From positions 62,001 to 126,000 of the forward strand of contig VJWM01000173.1 in the NCBI GenBank assembly GCA_010909165.1: a stretch of 64,000 nucleotides of DNA. The letters run 5' to 3'. This stretch comes from Anthoceros angustus (lineage: Eukaryota; Plantae; Anthocerotophyta). Below are positions 39,001 through 49,706 of this stretch, piece by piece (within the stretch, counting starts at the first letter, position 1; each line of letters starts with the position of its first letter). The notes below the pieces were generated by a model. The model searched no databases and was not told where the DNA came from. It worked only from the letters and a program-made list of their open reading frames with translations. A program made the position numbers and the translations under genes.

Positions 39001-40814
39001 CTGGCACAAGCTGGCCACCATCAACAATAGGCTCAGTGGAAAGCAGTCTAGATGATGGAGAACGGAAGAACAAACCATAGTCAGTTCACAAGGTGCATTA
39101 CTGCCTTGCACACCTCCTGCTGGGGACATGCAACTATTTACTCAACCCTTCCATTCCTAAGTGCCACCAAGGCTGTTGCCAGTCCTTTCATCACATTGGA
39201 AGCCAAATCAAGTCTCAAGCCAGGGGGGCATCGTTGTACCTCTATCACTCGCAAGAAACGGAAGTACACAATCAGACAAGAAGGTCGCTCACAAACCCAC
39301 AGAACACCACAACATATTCAGTCACTGTCTAGGCCTGCTCTGGGCATAGCTAGACCAAACTACAGCTAAACGAGCCCCCTCCTTGATGAAATATATGCTA
39401 GAAAGCCAACAGCTTCAAAATTTAGTCAGAGTCTCCAACTATATGGCATGATTTCCGTGAGCTGCCCGTAAAAATCATTGTGGTCACAAGGATTTTTACC
39501 ATGGCTGCACTGGATACAAGCCCCATGCTTCTCCTTGCAGATAGCGCAAAGCAGCTTCCAACGCTCTTCTCTGACACCTTCGACATTCTTTATGGGCTCC
39601 ATTGCCTCCATGCTTTGGATGTAGGTCTCCGGCACCCACTGGCAGCAGAACAAGTGCGCGAACCTGGGCTTCCCTGAACCTCTGGTGCTACCATTGGAGT
39701 CTGCTTCGGCGACTGGCTTGAGAGCACCCCCCCTCACAGGACAGAGAACGCAATCTGGCGGACCCGTCTGGACACTAGGGACGTCAGCATGCCAAGCATC
39801 CGTGGCACTGGACTTTCTGTGGGAGACAGTCCTACGGGGGTGCTTATTTTTGAAACTACACCAAGTGCAAATCCACTCGCCCTCTGGCACCACACGGATG
39901 CCATAACAGTCTTGATGCGCGGCAACATCACACGAATCACAGAAGAGAATCTGGTTTGCATGGTCACTATCCCCGCCATAACACACATGGCAGAGCTCGT
40001 CGTCGTCATTTTCCGGGGGGGAAATCACGGTGGTCATCACCTTGGCGTCCGCCGAGCTCGACACCTTTCTCTTCTTGCTCACGGGGCTGGCGGCAAGAAT
40101 CTTCCTCTTAACCCGAGTGACGGACTGCTGGGCCAGCGCCTCCGAGGCCCTGTCCGCTTCCGCGCCATCCTCCCTCGCCCAGCTCTCCGCGTAGTGGCCA
40201 CCCAGCGGTGGGACTGCCAAGCACGGGTCTCGCAAATAGCCCTGGGGAGTCAGGCCCAGGTACGTGGGAGGCCGCAACAGCCTCACATCCTGCGGGGTCA
40301 CCGGCCGGAAGTAGTCCTCCATGTGCAGCCAGAAGGTCCGCTCCCCGGTGGAAGACTCCTTGTCCCCGTACACCTTCTGCTTGCTCCCGTCTCGGCCCCT
40401 GACCTGCGTCTTTTTCCCCCTGCTCCTCCTCTTGCCCTCGGCCCCGACAGCCACCTCCACCGGGGACACGAACCCACCTGCACCCCCGCCATCCTCGTAC
40501 TCCCCAACCACCCCCCTGTCGGACACCACCTCCAGCAGCTGGGAGTAGAGATCCCCCTGCCCACCGCCTGCATCCCGATCCCAATCCCGATCCGGCTCGT
40601 GCTCCTGGTCCGGATCCTGATCCCGCTCCTGCTCATGATATCTGGTCAATTCCGCGTACTCGTCCCTGTCCACCCTGAGCCGCAGCTTAAGCTTCTGTGA
40701 CTGATGCGTCTGCGAGCCCTCTGCCACGGCCTCCTCTGCCTCCTTCAACGTCATCTCCTCTTGCTCCGAGGAGCACCCGCGGGCCACAGGCCGGGCCACT
40801 TCAACTGTTGCCAC
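33067..40814 (-). CDS. PHD finger / zf-HC5HC2H (PZP) x2 chromatin protein, BRPF/Jade-like (similar to Arabidopsis At1g77800 as recalled); multi-exon, start codon uncertain
   Basis: FWLHMEDYFRPV; PHD CHVCYGGDSDHANQILFCDSCDVAAHQDCYG; CVLCP...FAHLFCCQWVPE...CAICKEKHGACIQCSHG|FCATAFHPLCAR...DLRAFCLKHS; second PHD CNICG...CDRCK|VVVHQECYG; CAVCP...WAHVFCAQ|W; FHPSCARDYG...YCERHS; DFEKVRLICERIVRREK; C-terminal SMQNLRLPKGYAYVPVD; stop TAG at 33067-33069. Confidence 0.93.
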
Positions 40815-41643
40815 TCACAGACGGTGGCCAAGCCCTCCCTCACCATCCTAATCTGCCCTCCTGCCCGCCGTGCCATGGGCCTGGGCCGGCCGTGGCCAGG
40901 AACGCCGTCCCTCACATGTCGTGCTCCTCACCAGGGTTTGCTGCTTGCTGCATGCATCTGGGACATGCGATTCCATGGCGGCAAGCACCAAGAAACCCCG
41001 GCCGTGACACCTGCATGCAACGGCCTCGCCCAACGCTTCTTGCAAGCTCAGCCTGAGGTGTGGCCGCCTCGTCAACACCAAACCCTTGCCCAGCAAACCC
41101 TCGTCAGCTGCCCTTCCTGCTGCTGCTTCTGCTTCGGTTCTTGGGGTTTGGCGAATTAGGGCAGAAAGGTGGTGCGAAGGCTAGGGAAAGGTTGCCCTTG
41201 TAACTTCTTCGCCGTTTCCGCCGCCCGCTCCCCGATTTGAATGTTTGAAATTCGTTTCACCGCGGCTCTCCCCGAAAAAGGAATCCTCGCCGCCCTCGTT
41301 CCGTCTTCCCAAACTCGGTACACTCTCCCAACCATTTGCTTTATCTAGACTATATCGCTACACAAATATGTGTACATAACACGCACTCAAACGTCACAGC
41401 TCCCGCTCGGCTTAAGTCCACTCACATATGCTCGGTGGTGGTGTACAATTTTGCAGTACATACATGCGACATGACTTTGCCGGTCATTTTTCCACTCAGA
41501 GCTCGTGACGTCAGAGCTCGTGTGTCGGTTGTGCTTCACAACCGAACACCCACTACACCCTGCTCTATGTGTGCACTAAAGGAGCTACCAGTCTGTCAAT
41601 ACCCAGCATTGTGCAGGCACTGTACGTAACTTCTGGTAGGTGC

Positions 41644-41746
41644 GTCACATAATCGGGTGGGGTGAAGAGCTCCATTCCGCGTTTCCACTGCTCCGGCTTT
41701 TTCAACGTCTGCAGAGGGCCTCGCTCTTCCACCCGCCCGATATGAC
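41644..41746 (-). ncRNA. Candidate pre-miRNA-like hairpin (~103 nt)
   Basis: GUCAUAUCGGGCGGGUGGAAGAGC pairs with GCUCUUCACCCCACCCGAUUAUGUGAC (about 21 pairs) around a 52-nt loop. Confidence 0.35.
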
Positions 41747-42021
41747 CACGTTCGGCTCGAAGAACCACGAAGGGGCTTCAACTCATCATCTGGCAAGAAC
41801 GCGAATGACAGAAATTCGGGATCAGAAAGCACAACACTTGGAAACCCTAAACCCAAAGGACAAACGGCGGCAAAACGTCGACAGAAACCAGCCAAGCGCT
41901 CATACACAAGCAATGGTATCTCTCCAGGTCGTACCACAGCATGTCACAAAGAAGAACTTAAGACACCGGAAGGGAGCACATGACTGCATGACATGAACGG
42001 AAGTCAGAGGCCTCCACACAA

Positions 42022-42099
42022 AGCGCTCATATTCTATGGGTGTAAACTGTCTTCCATGCCGTGGCATTCAGATCGAGGAATTTTTATCATCATCGCACT
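42022..42099 (-). ncRNA. Box C/D snoRNA copy A, predicted guide for 18S rRNA 2'-O-methylation (snoR8-like)
   Basis: C box AUGAUGA (42093-42087); guide AAUUCCUCG; D' CUGA (42071-42068); C'-like UGGAAGA; D variant AUGA (42030-42027); terminal stem AGUGC/GCGCU. Confidence 0.8.
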
Positions 42100-42205
42100 G
42101 GAGACCAAAAGTGACACCAATGGGAGACAAGCCACGCATACAAGATCAAAGAAAGCCTTGAACAAGACCACAGACCAGTGTCCACACGATTCAGACGTCT
42201 CACAC

Positions 42206-42284
42206 CAAGCGCTCAGATTGGGATGTAAAGTGTCTTCAATGCCGCAGCATTCAGCACGAGGAATTTTCATCATCACCGCACTTG
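42206..42284 (-). ncRNA. Box C/D snoRNA copy B, predicted guide for 18S rRNA 2'-O-methylation (snoR8-like)
   Basis: C box GUGAUGA (42276-42270); guide AAUUCCUCGU; D' CUGA (42254-42251); C'-like UUGAAGA; D CUGA (42216-42213); 7-bp terminal stem CAAGUGC/GCGCUUG in K-turn register. Confidence 0.88.
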
Positions 42285-42402
42285 ACACAGGCCTCAGTAA
42301 CATTATCGACCACGACAGCATCCACAAGAACAGAAAACTCTGCCACAACTAAAACCTAACCCTGGACAGATCCAGCAGTCATATCCTGACCTACATCCGT
42401 GG

Positions 42403-42855
42403 CTACGACGCTGCCGGACCGACAAGGACTCCTTGCGCGCTTCCCTCCTTCGGTGCGGCCGCATCAGAACTGTTGTTGTCTGATGCGTCTCCTCTCCGGA
42501 TCTTGATCTTGTACCTTGTCTCAAACTCCACAAGCTCCTTCCTTTTCTTCTCCAGAGCTTCCGCAAGTTTGCCAATCACTTCTTGCAACCCGTCCCTATT
42601 GTTCTGGACAGCGGGAATGACCTCTTCAACAGTTCTCTCCACCAAAACTCCGCCGATCATCCGAAAGCACTTCCTTTTCGCGTCCAGCGGCTTGATAGCG
42701 TTGATGACAAGCGTGTGCTCATTCAGCTCCAGCTCCAGTTCAGAAATCTTGGAATACAGCTGGTTGAGCTCCGAGCGCAGAAGATTCCACTTCCCGACCA
42801 CCGCCTGCTCATTTACTGCCTCCACATGCGACCTCTCCTCCCCGCCTTCCGCCAT
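42403..42855 (-). CDS. PFD2: Prefoldin subunit 2, 150 aa, intronless CDS
   Basis: KISELELELNEHTLVINAIKPLDAKRKCFRMIGGVLVERTVEEVIPAV and C-terminal GSAQGVLVGPA are typical of plant PFD2. Confidence 0.97.
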   Translation of the reverse strand: MAEGGEERSHVEAVNEQAVVGKWNLLRSELNQLYSKISELELELNEHTLVINAIKPLDAKRKCFRMIGGVLVERTVEEVIPAVQNNRDGLQEVIGKLAEALEKKRKELVEFETRYKIKIRRGDASDNNSSDAAAPKEGSAQGVLVGPAAS

Positions 42856-42971
42856 GCTCCAACACGCTACACCCCCACTATCCGCTACTCAGCTCCACGG
42901 CCTCCAGTGTGACAAGGCTCTCCCAAGTCAGCTTTAGCGAACGATAAATCCGAAAAATGAAGGAAGATGGA

Positions 42972-43112
42972 AGAAGTCTATTATTATGGACGACTTGAAC
43001 TAAGATAGAAAAAGTCTATTATTATGGACGACTTGAATTAAGATAAAAGAAGTTTATTATTAAGGACGACTTGAACTAAGATAGAAGAAGTCTATTATTA
43101 TGGACGACTTGA
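42972..43112. repeat. 38-bp minisatellite (~3.7 copies) ~120 bp upstream of the PFD2 ATG
   Basis: AAGTCTATTATTATGGACGACTTGAACTAAGATAGAA(G/A) starts at 42974, 43012, 43050 and 43088. Confidence 0.95.
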
Positions 43113-44666
43113 ATGAAATTTTCTATCATAGTACTGGATAGTTTTCCAACTTGTATGAGGACATCGTGTAGTATATGGCATACCAAAGGGGACAGAGGGG
43201 ATGGGACAATTTTTTTTTCGCGAAACCCATGCAAGGCGTAGGGATCTTGCAGAATATACCCTACATTCCATTACGGTTTCTTTTTTCACAGCACATGGTC
43301 AGAAGGCCGCTTTGGCGCCCTAACCGAAAGCGGCCAAGCACCAAAGGGGACACACACTATGTCCTCAAACGGTGTCCTTGAAATTTTGATGCTTTCACCT
43401 TTGAAAACAAAGAGACGGACACTATGTTTTCGAATGTTTCCACCCTTGTGCCATTAAGTTTTCTTCGATGGCATCCAATGGCGCCAAACCCTAACCTCGC
43501 TCACGGCCGCCCATCCGCTTGACAACCCTACACACAGTATTATGGTATCGCATGCACGACGGACAAGGCGGCACGGCCATGGTTTGCGAACCATGCATGT
43601 GCCCATTTCCGCCTTCGCAGCTATGGACTTTTGACTGTATTCGTTAAGGAACCCGCGATGTCGGAAACAATGAGAACCACGATCCTCTTTCAAACAAGAA
43701 GAAGCACGATCCGCTCGAAGCGAAGAGGGATGGCCATCAAGAATATGAAAGCCGCCTTCAACCTTCACGTGGGCCTTGAGGAGGCGGCAAACCTCTCACC
43801 TTCACCGGGAGAAGGCCAAGAAGACCACATATTGCAAAAGATCAGCCATCGTGCATGGCAACTGGCAACCTTCCAAAGAATCGCAGATTAGGCGACCACC
43901 ACCACCACCGCTCACCCAACAACCTCGCCAAGAATGTTTACGTAAAGAGCCAAAATTCACGGTGAAGGGTGCCATTCCATTGATCAAAAAGGATGTCCAT
44001 CGCACATTGCAAAATTGCAGTGTGTAGCATCAAACCCTATCTCCCATCTGCCTTCCTACGCAGATGCTTCGCCCCTATGCAAAAACCAAAAGCGGCTGAT
44101 GCATCTCTCGACAAGGGATGATGCCGCCTACTTCTCCTCGTCAGTCCATGCGCTTGATCATCCGGAGAACCTTAATTGTGCCCTCAATGGCCTCGCCCGA
44201 GCATTCCATGCTCTCTCTCTGTCCGGTTGGCGGCGTCCCGCCTCCTGAAAGCCGGGCATTGGGCGCCTGAGGCACACGCCGCCGCTGCCCACTTGGACAC
44301 CGTGTCCGACCGTAGTCGCTGCCTCCCCCTTGTGCTCGCCTCCGCTGAGTTGGGGTTGGGCGCACCGCCTCCTTCTTCTTCCGACATACCCGCCCGCCAC
44401 CGTCACCGCAATTGCTCCTCCTCCTCCTCCTCCTCCTCCTCCTCCTACGGTGTGCCGGATGCTTGCTGGAGCTCGCAGCAGCTCGCCCCGCCTCCTTCCT
44501 CCGCCCCGAGCCTCGCCTAATTGCCTGGCTCCACGCCGAGATGCCGCCACCGGTAAATGGTTATTCCTCCCATACGCCTTCCTCAACCGAATCGGCTCCG
44601 CCCCACTGCCGCTGATCGCCTGGCCGGCCGTCCGCCTCCCACCACCACCGCCCCTCCACGCGCCGG

Positions 44667-47600
44667 AGTTCTCCTGCAAAGTAATGGCGCTCTTCTCCGA
44701 GGTGGTGGGCCCCATCGCCCAGCTTCTTGCCTCGCGCCATGACCCATCCCATGTCCATAGCACCTGTCTAGGTGAATATACGTATGAGCGCATACTATAC
44801 ACAACCCGTGGCGGCTGCTCGTTCCATGGCTCCGGTTTGTGGAATGGCGGTTGGGGTTCATTTTAAGCGCGTGCCTAATCGGCCAATCGACACAATCCGC
44901 AGTTTGTCCAAAATCAAACGTGTTCCCAACATTGGGAACGTGTATCACGACAAACGGCCAGCACGACGGCCGCGATCTCTTCGTGGTGTGAGCATGAATT
45001 GCATCGGACTTTCTCGCGGCGGCGTAGGGAGATCGTGGAACCAATGTGTTCAATGGAAGGCTTGTCCATCTGCATTGCCAATGGAATTGTTTCCGAGAAT
45101 GGTGAGGTGAAGAGCTTGAAGACTGTGTAATTTCTACTTTCTGATGCTCCACGCTCACGTCGCAGAAGATGGTGAGACACACGCTGGTGACGCCATCCAA
45201 CACTACAGGGCTCAAGCATTCGCAAGGCAAGGCTCCTTGAAGGATCTGTTACCTCGTAACTTTGCATTCTTCTCATATTGCAATTTCATTCATGGTCGAA
45301 ATGGCATTTGTGAGCAAGGATCTAAGGCTGTTATGTCTACAATCGCCCGGACTTTGTGAGTATGGATACATGCCCTCTCCGATTGTTGGGCATTTCAAGA
45401 AAAGAAGATTTATGGTTGCCCTCAAGCATGGGAAGATGGTTACGAATGTCAAAATAGCCTACGTTTCGGGGATAGAGTGGACGATTTTCTTGCGGGAAGT
45501 CGAGAACTCTGCTCCACAACGCTTGTAAGACGTAATGCGGAACACCACGGACCCGTATATCGTGCTGCCTAATTCACCAAGCTCATATATTAAATATGAA
45601 TGTGCTTACGGACCACAAGATTTTCGCCTCTTACGGTGTGGAGCCTTTCATTGATGTGACAAACCGTCCAAAAAGGGGAAAGGCAGCAGCCGTCACGCAT
45701 GAAGACCGCCGCAGAGGAAAAGGTGTAAATTCAGTTCATCAGATTATTGCAATGGCGAATTGCGAGATACGAATTCACGAATGGCACCACATAGACATGA
45801 ATGGTGATTTCGCCATGGTTTGTTAGCCGATGCCCCGCTAATGTTTCTCTTGCTCCTGCTTTATCTATGGCAAAGCGGAATGGGTAAAGCACAAGCTCTT
45901 ATGCCGGTGACCAATTACCAAATTATGTGTGATCATGAGGAGGATGTGTATCGCAGAAGAAGGACAACCCAAGATGCCACTTGGTCCGGATGATTTCTTA
46001 TTGCCCAAGGATATAAACATACAGCAGAGCTTGATTGCGTGGACATGGAGATTGCATCATCCGATGAGGAAAGTGTGAGAATATGGATGGACTTACACAA
46101 GCATGAGATTTTCTTTTCTTCCTTCACTCTAAGTCTCGACGGTGTCACTTTAAGGTATTCGAGACACCATTTCGACTCATGTATGTTGAGGTGGGGCCAT
46201 AACTCGATTGTCTCTATGGATGCCACGTCGGGACTAACAAATGGAAATTTCGTTGTTTACGTTTGGTCTTGATGACCACATGAACGGCTACCAGTGCATG
46301 GATCATTTCGATAACAAGCGACAATATTAGTGCATGGCGGGGGCTTTAAAGCGATGTTGGAGAAGTCGATCCAGTGGAAGCCCAATGCTTTCTTGGTGGA
46401 TTGCCAAGCCGAGATTAACGCTATCGACAAGTATTCGGCTCTAACATGTTGGTGTTTTGTGTTTGTGGCATGTGCCGTGCTTGGTTGAGACAACTCATAA
46501 AGAAGGTGAAAAATAAAGTCGGAGAGGCGAGATGATGAGCACACTTGGTAAAATTATGTATATGGAGGAGCAAGGCTGCGGTATGGAGAAAGGCATGGGC
46601 GGAGCTTGACGCATTCTACTCGACATACGCAATATGAGCCGAATTTGTGACTTATTTTAAGCGGCAATGGGCGGATTATGACTATGTGGATCAAAGCACT
46701 GAAGTCCCACATGCTGGCCAAGATAAAAGCATAGAAGCCTACCACCAGCACTTGAAATTCGGATGTGCGCTAGCGAAGGCGGCTTACGGTGACGTTAGAT
46801 TGGTTACTTCATATCCTTGTGGATGAAGTCAATCGGCATTTTGGTTCCAATCACAATGCAAGTTGCTGAATATTGTTCACAACACCAAGTTGAGAGACTT
46901 GTGCACCATGCAATTACTAAGGCACTGCAAATTCCAAATGTGGATGTCACACTCCCGACAACGGATAATGCTTCAGCATACGTTAAAAGTCGAAGGCACT
47001 TAAGCAACGTGGGTAGTCGAGGTGCTAAATGGTGGAAGGCGGTGCTTGCAGCAAACAAGGATTGAATGGCTTTGTTTGCAAACATCAAGTGAAGGTTTTG
47101 CTGATGTTAAATCGAATGACAGCTACCAGATGCTTGTGCACAAACTGATGGATATGTCGAAGGAACATGGTACTGATAATTTCAATTTGGCAAGTCAGGT
47201 CATGCACACAACAAGTTATGAGGAGCCTGCAGTGAATGTTTGCAGGATGGGCATGAACTACGCTGCCCCAGAGGATGTTGTCCAAGAAGGGCCCCAAGTA
47301 CCTTGCACTGAACCGGTGTCCAGTCCATGGACGTGAGTTGGGCAGAGATTAGGGGAATGGTGGAGAAGTGGCCACAGTTAGAAAATCATGTTGCTGCCAT
47401 GATGGGACAATTAGTAAGGCAGGTCCAAGGGTTGGGCGCTGATCTTCATCTTCACCAGTTGCATGAAACACCAATTCTACACCACAATCCTGCTCATACA
47501 GACAATTCTCTTAAACGGAAAAGCCTTTTTGGGAAACGGAGGAGTCGGCAGAAGAACGGCCCCAAGATCAGAAAGTGAAATTCCAGTAGGTCAAACAACT

Positions 47601-48192
47601 GCCTATAGTTCCTAGGCCTTAGCACATAGAACTGCCTATAGCTCGAGGCTAAGCTTAGAAAGTTGTGCGAACATGGCACTATTCGAGCCTTGGAATTTTG
47701 CTCTGATCTTGGATGTTCTCCTCTCGGTTGTATGTTTCACCATTTTCTGCCAGTCAGCGTGGAACATGAGCTATCAGAGTCACGCTCCGTCTGCCGATAA
47801 GAGTCCGATCCCATGCGCTCCAAGAGGTGGAGGCCCCGTCGCGTTGCCAAGCGGACGTCTGCCGATAAGAGTCCGATCCCATGCGCTCCAAGAAGAGGTG
47901 GAGGCCCCGTCGCGTTGCCAAGCGGATTGTGTCGATTTGCGGCCGTTTAAAATGTGGCTGTTTGGCGAACTGATTAGGGCACGTTTGCGCTTAAAATGAA
48001 CCCCAACCGCCATTCCACAAACCGGAGCCATGAACGACGCGAGCCGGGTTGCCGTGTATGGTATAGTATGCGCTCATACGTGTATTCACCTAGACAGTGC
48101 TATGGACATGGGATGGGTCATGGCGCGAGGCAAGGCTAGGCGATGGGGCCCACCACCTCGGAGAAGAGCGCCATTACTTTGCGGGGAGAACT
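44667..48192 (+). mobile_element. Mutator-like element with degenerate MULE/SWIM-type transposase between long inverted repeats
   Basis: IR arms at 44667-44900 and 47922-48192. Internal motifs DRVDDFLAG, WGHNSIVSMDAT, QWKPNAFLVDCQAEINAI, DKSIEAYHQHLK and KALQIPNVDV contain a candidate D-D-E triad. No TSD found. Confidence 0.8.
47788..47926. repeat. ~68-bp direct tandem duplication abutting the right IR arm
   Basis: CGTCTGCCGATAAGAGTCCGATCCCATGCGCTCCAAGA(AGA)GGTGGAGGCCCCGTCGCGTTGCCAAGCGGA occurs twice. Confidence 0.9.
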
Positions 48193-48499
48193 AGCCTCGG
48201 CTCCGCCTTCCATCCCCGCCTCGTTCCCGCCTTCGCCGGGCCCTCCCGTCGGCCTCGGTCTCGGCGGCGGGCGGGTCATCGCCTCCGCCACCATGGCGAC
48301 CGGGTCGGGGATGGTGGCGGCGCATGTAGCGCCGCCATGCGAGCTCGGCCTCGGCCTCGGCGGAGCGGCCGTGCAGCCATCCGCCATCCTCCACCCCTCG
48401 ACCTCGTCGGCCCTCGCCCTGCGTGGCGTCCTCCACCCGCCCGGGTTTGGCTTCCTCTTGAAGTGCCATCTCCCCGCTCATTGTTGCCTCACCTTGACC

Positions 48500-49700
48500 T
48501 GCCCCGCTTCATCGGGGAGGGCAACCTCCCTCCCGTCGCTGCGCCTCCGGCCGTCGCCATGGGGAGGAAGGTGCCTCCCCTCCTCCCGTGATGCCCCCTT
48601 TGGCGTTGGGGAGATCACGTGCCCTTCCGCCTCCACTCTGCGCCGCCCCCCACTGCTTCTTTGGCGCCGTCCATGAGGCGGCATGGTGCCATCCGCCAAT
48701 TCTCCTCTCCTCCTCCTTGTGCGCCTACCGTGAGATTTGGCGATAAAACAGCGCCTGGGAGGTATACTGCCTCCTCCTACTCCTCATTGCGCCTACCGGC
48801 GATGTTGTAATGGGGAGGCAAGATGCCCGCCCACCGCTGCCCAGCTAGCCGGGCCCTCAAGCCGCCACTTACGGAGGAGGGGAAGATGCCTCCCCGCCGA
48901 TGCAAAATACTGGTCACAAATTAGCCTCTCGCGATGGTCATGTTTACCTGTCACTGGGAGGGCACTGCCCTCTCCCCTCCCCCTCCTCCTCATGCGCCGT
49001 GCATTTGGCGGCTCACTGGGAGGGCATCTGCTCTCCCCTCCTACTCCCTCATTGGCGCCACACAGTTTGCAATGGGGAGGCAAGATGCCACCGCCCACCG
49101 CTGGGGCGCGCCCTTGCCGGGCGATGTCGCCGCCACGGAGGGGAAGATGCCTCCCCGCTCGATGCGGCTGCCTTGAGCCCCCGCTGGCGATGCCGTCGGT
49201 GTGGGGAGAAATGCGTCTCCTCCCTCCCTCATTGCGCTGGCCCCAAGCCGGGCGATGCCATCGCCATGGGGAGGAAGTGCTCTCCCCGCCTCGCTGAGCG
49301 ACTGGCCCAGAGGCGGAGCCATGGCCGACTTCCCTCTCCTCCCTCGTCTGCTGCTGCCCCCTTCCCCGCCGATGTTGGTGGCACGGGACTTGGTGCCCTC
49401 CACCCGCCTCCGACCTCTGTCAGCGCCCCGCCCCGATGTGGCAGGGACGCTTGGTGCCCTCCACGCCTCGTGCCCTCTGCTGCAGCCTCCCCCGGCCACG
49501 GCTGACCAGGCACGGGACGGCTTGGTGCCCTCCACAGCCTCCGCCTCGCTGCGCCTCACCCGCTGATGTCAGGCGGCATGGGGGATGCAGTTCCCCCCTC
49601 CCTCGCCTCCCCAAGGCCGCCCCTTCCTTCGACCGCCCCATCGCAGGCGAATGGTGCCGCCCCTCACCCAGGCGATGTGGCGGGACTTTGCCGATGGCCG
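48500..49700. repeat. GC-rich region of dispersed short repeats
   Basis: ATGGGGAGG(C)AAG(A/G)TGCC recurs; GGAGGGGAAGATGCCTCCCCGC x2; TGGTGCCCTCCAC x3; CACTGGGAGGGCA x2. Confidence 0.6.
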
Positions 49701-49706
49701 CGCCAA

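Larger units (their letters stand above)
41790..42390 (-). other. Predicted 601-bp intron in the PFD2 3' UTR (snoRNA host intron)
   Basis: Donor AG|GTCAGG 12 nt after the stop codon; acceptor CGTTCTTGCCAG| at 41790. Confidence 0.6.

Noticed and set aside
39081-39194. C box GUGAUGA and CUGA 113 nt apart in a PHD-gene intron
   Set aside because: No K-turn terminal stem, no internal C'/D' boxes, no evident rRNA complement
1-40814. Non-canonical splice sites in the host genes
   Set aside because: The junctions I reconstructed in CalS, UBC2 and the PHD gene were all GT-AG (not every junction was checked)
41843-41853. Telo-box-like AAACCCTAAACCC (also TTTAGGG near 9343 and 13290)
   Set aside because: Isolated single units, not a telomeric array, and not clearly in a promoter position
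41565-41937. ORFs of 67-118 aa between PFD2 and the PHD gene
   Set aside because: No homology recognised; better explained as PFD2 3'-UTR intron/exon and structured RNA
41890-41970. Possible third snoRNA copy (AUGAGCGCUUGG end)
   Set aside because: No C box or guide upstream; at most a decayed remnant
42972-43112. CRISPR-like reading of the 38-bp repeats (also the 27-bp and 47-bp arrays)
   Set aside because: Units are contiguous with no unique spacers, the context is eukaryotic, and there are no cas genes
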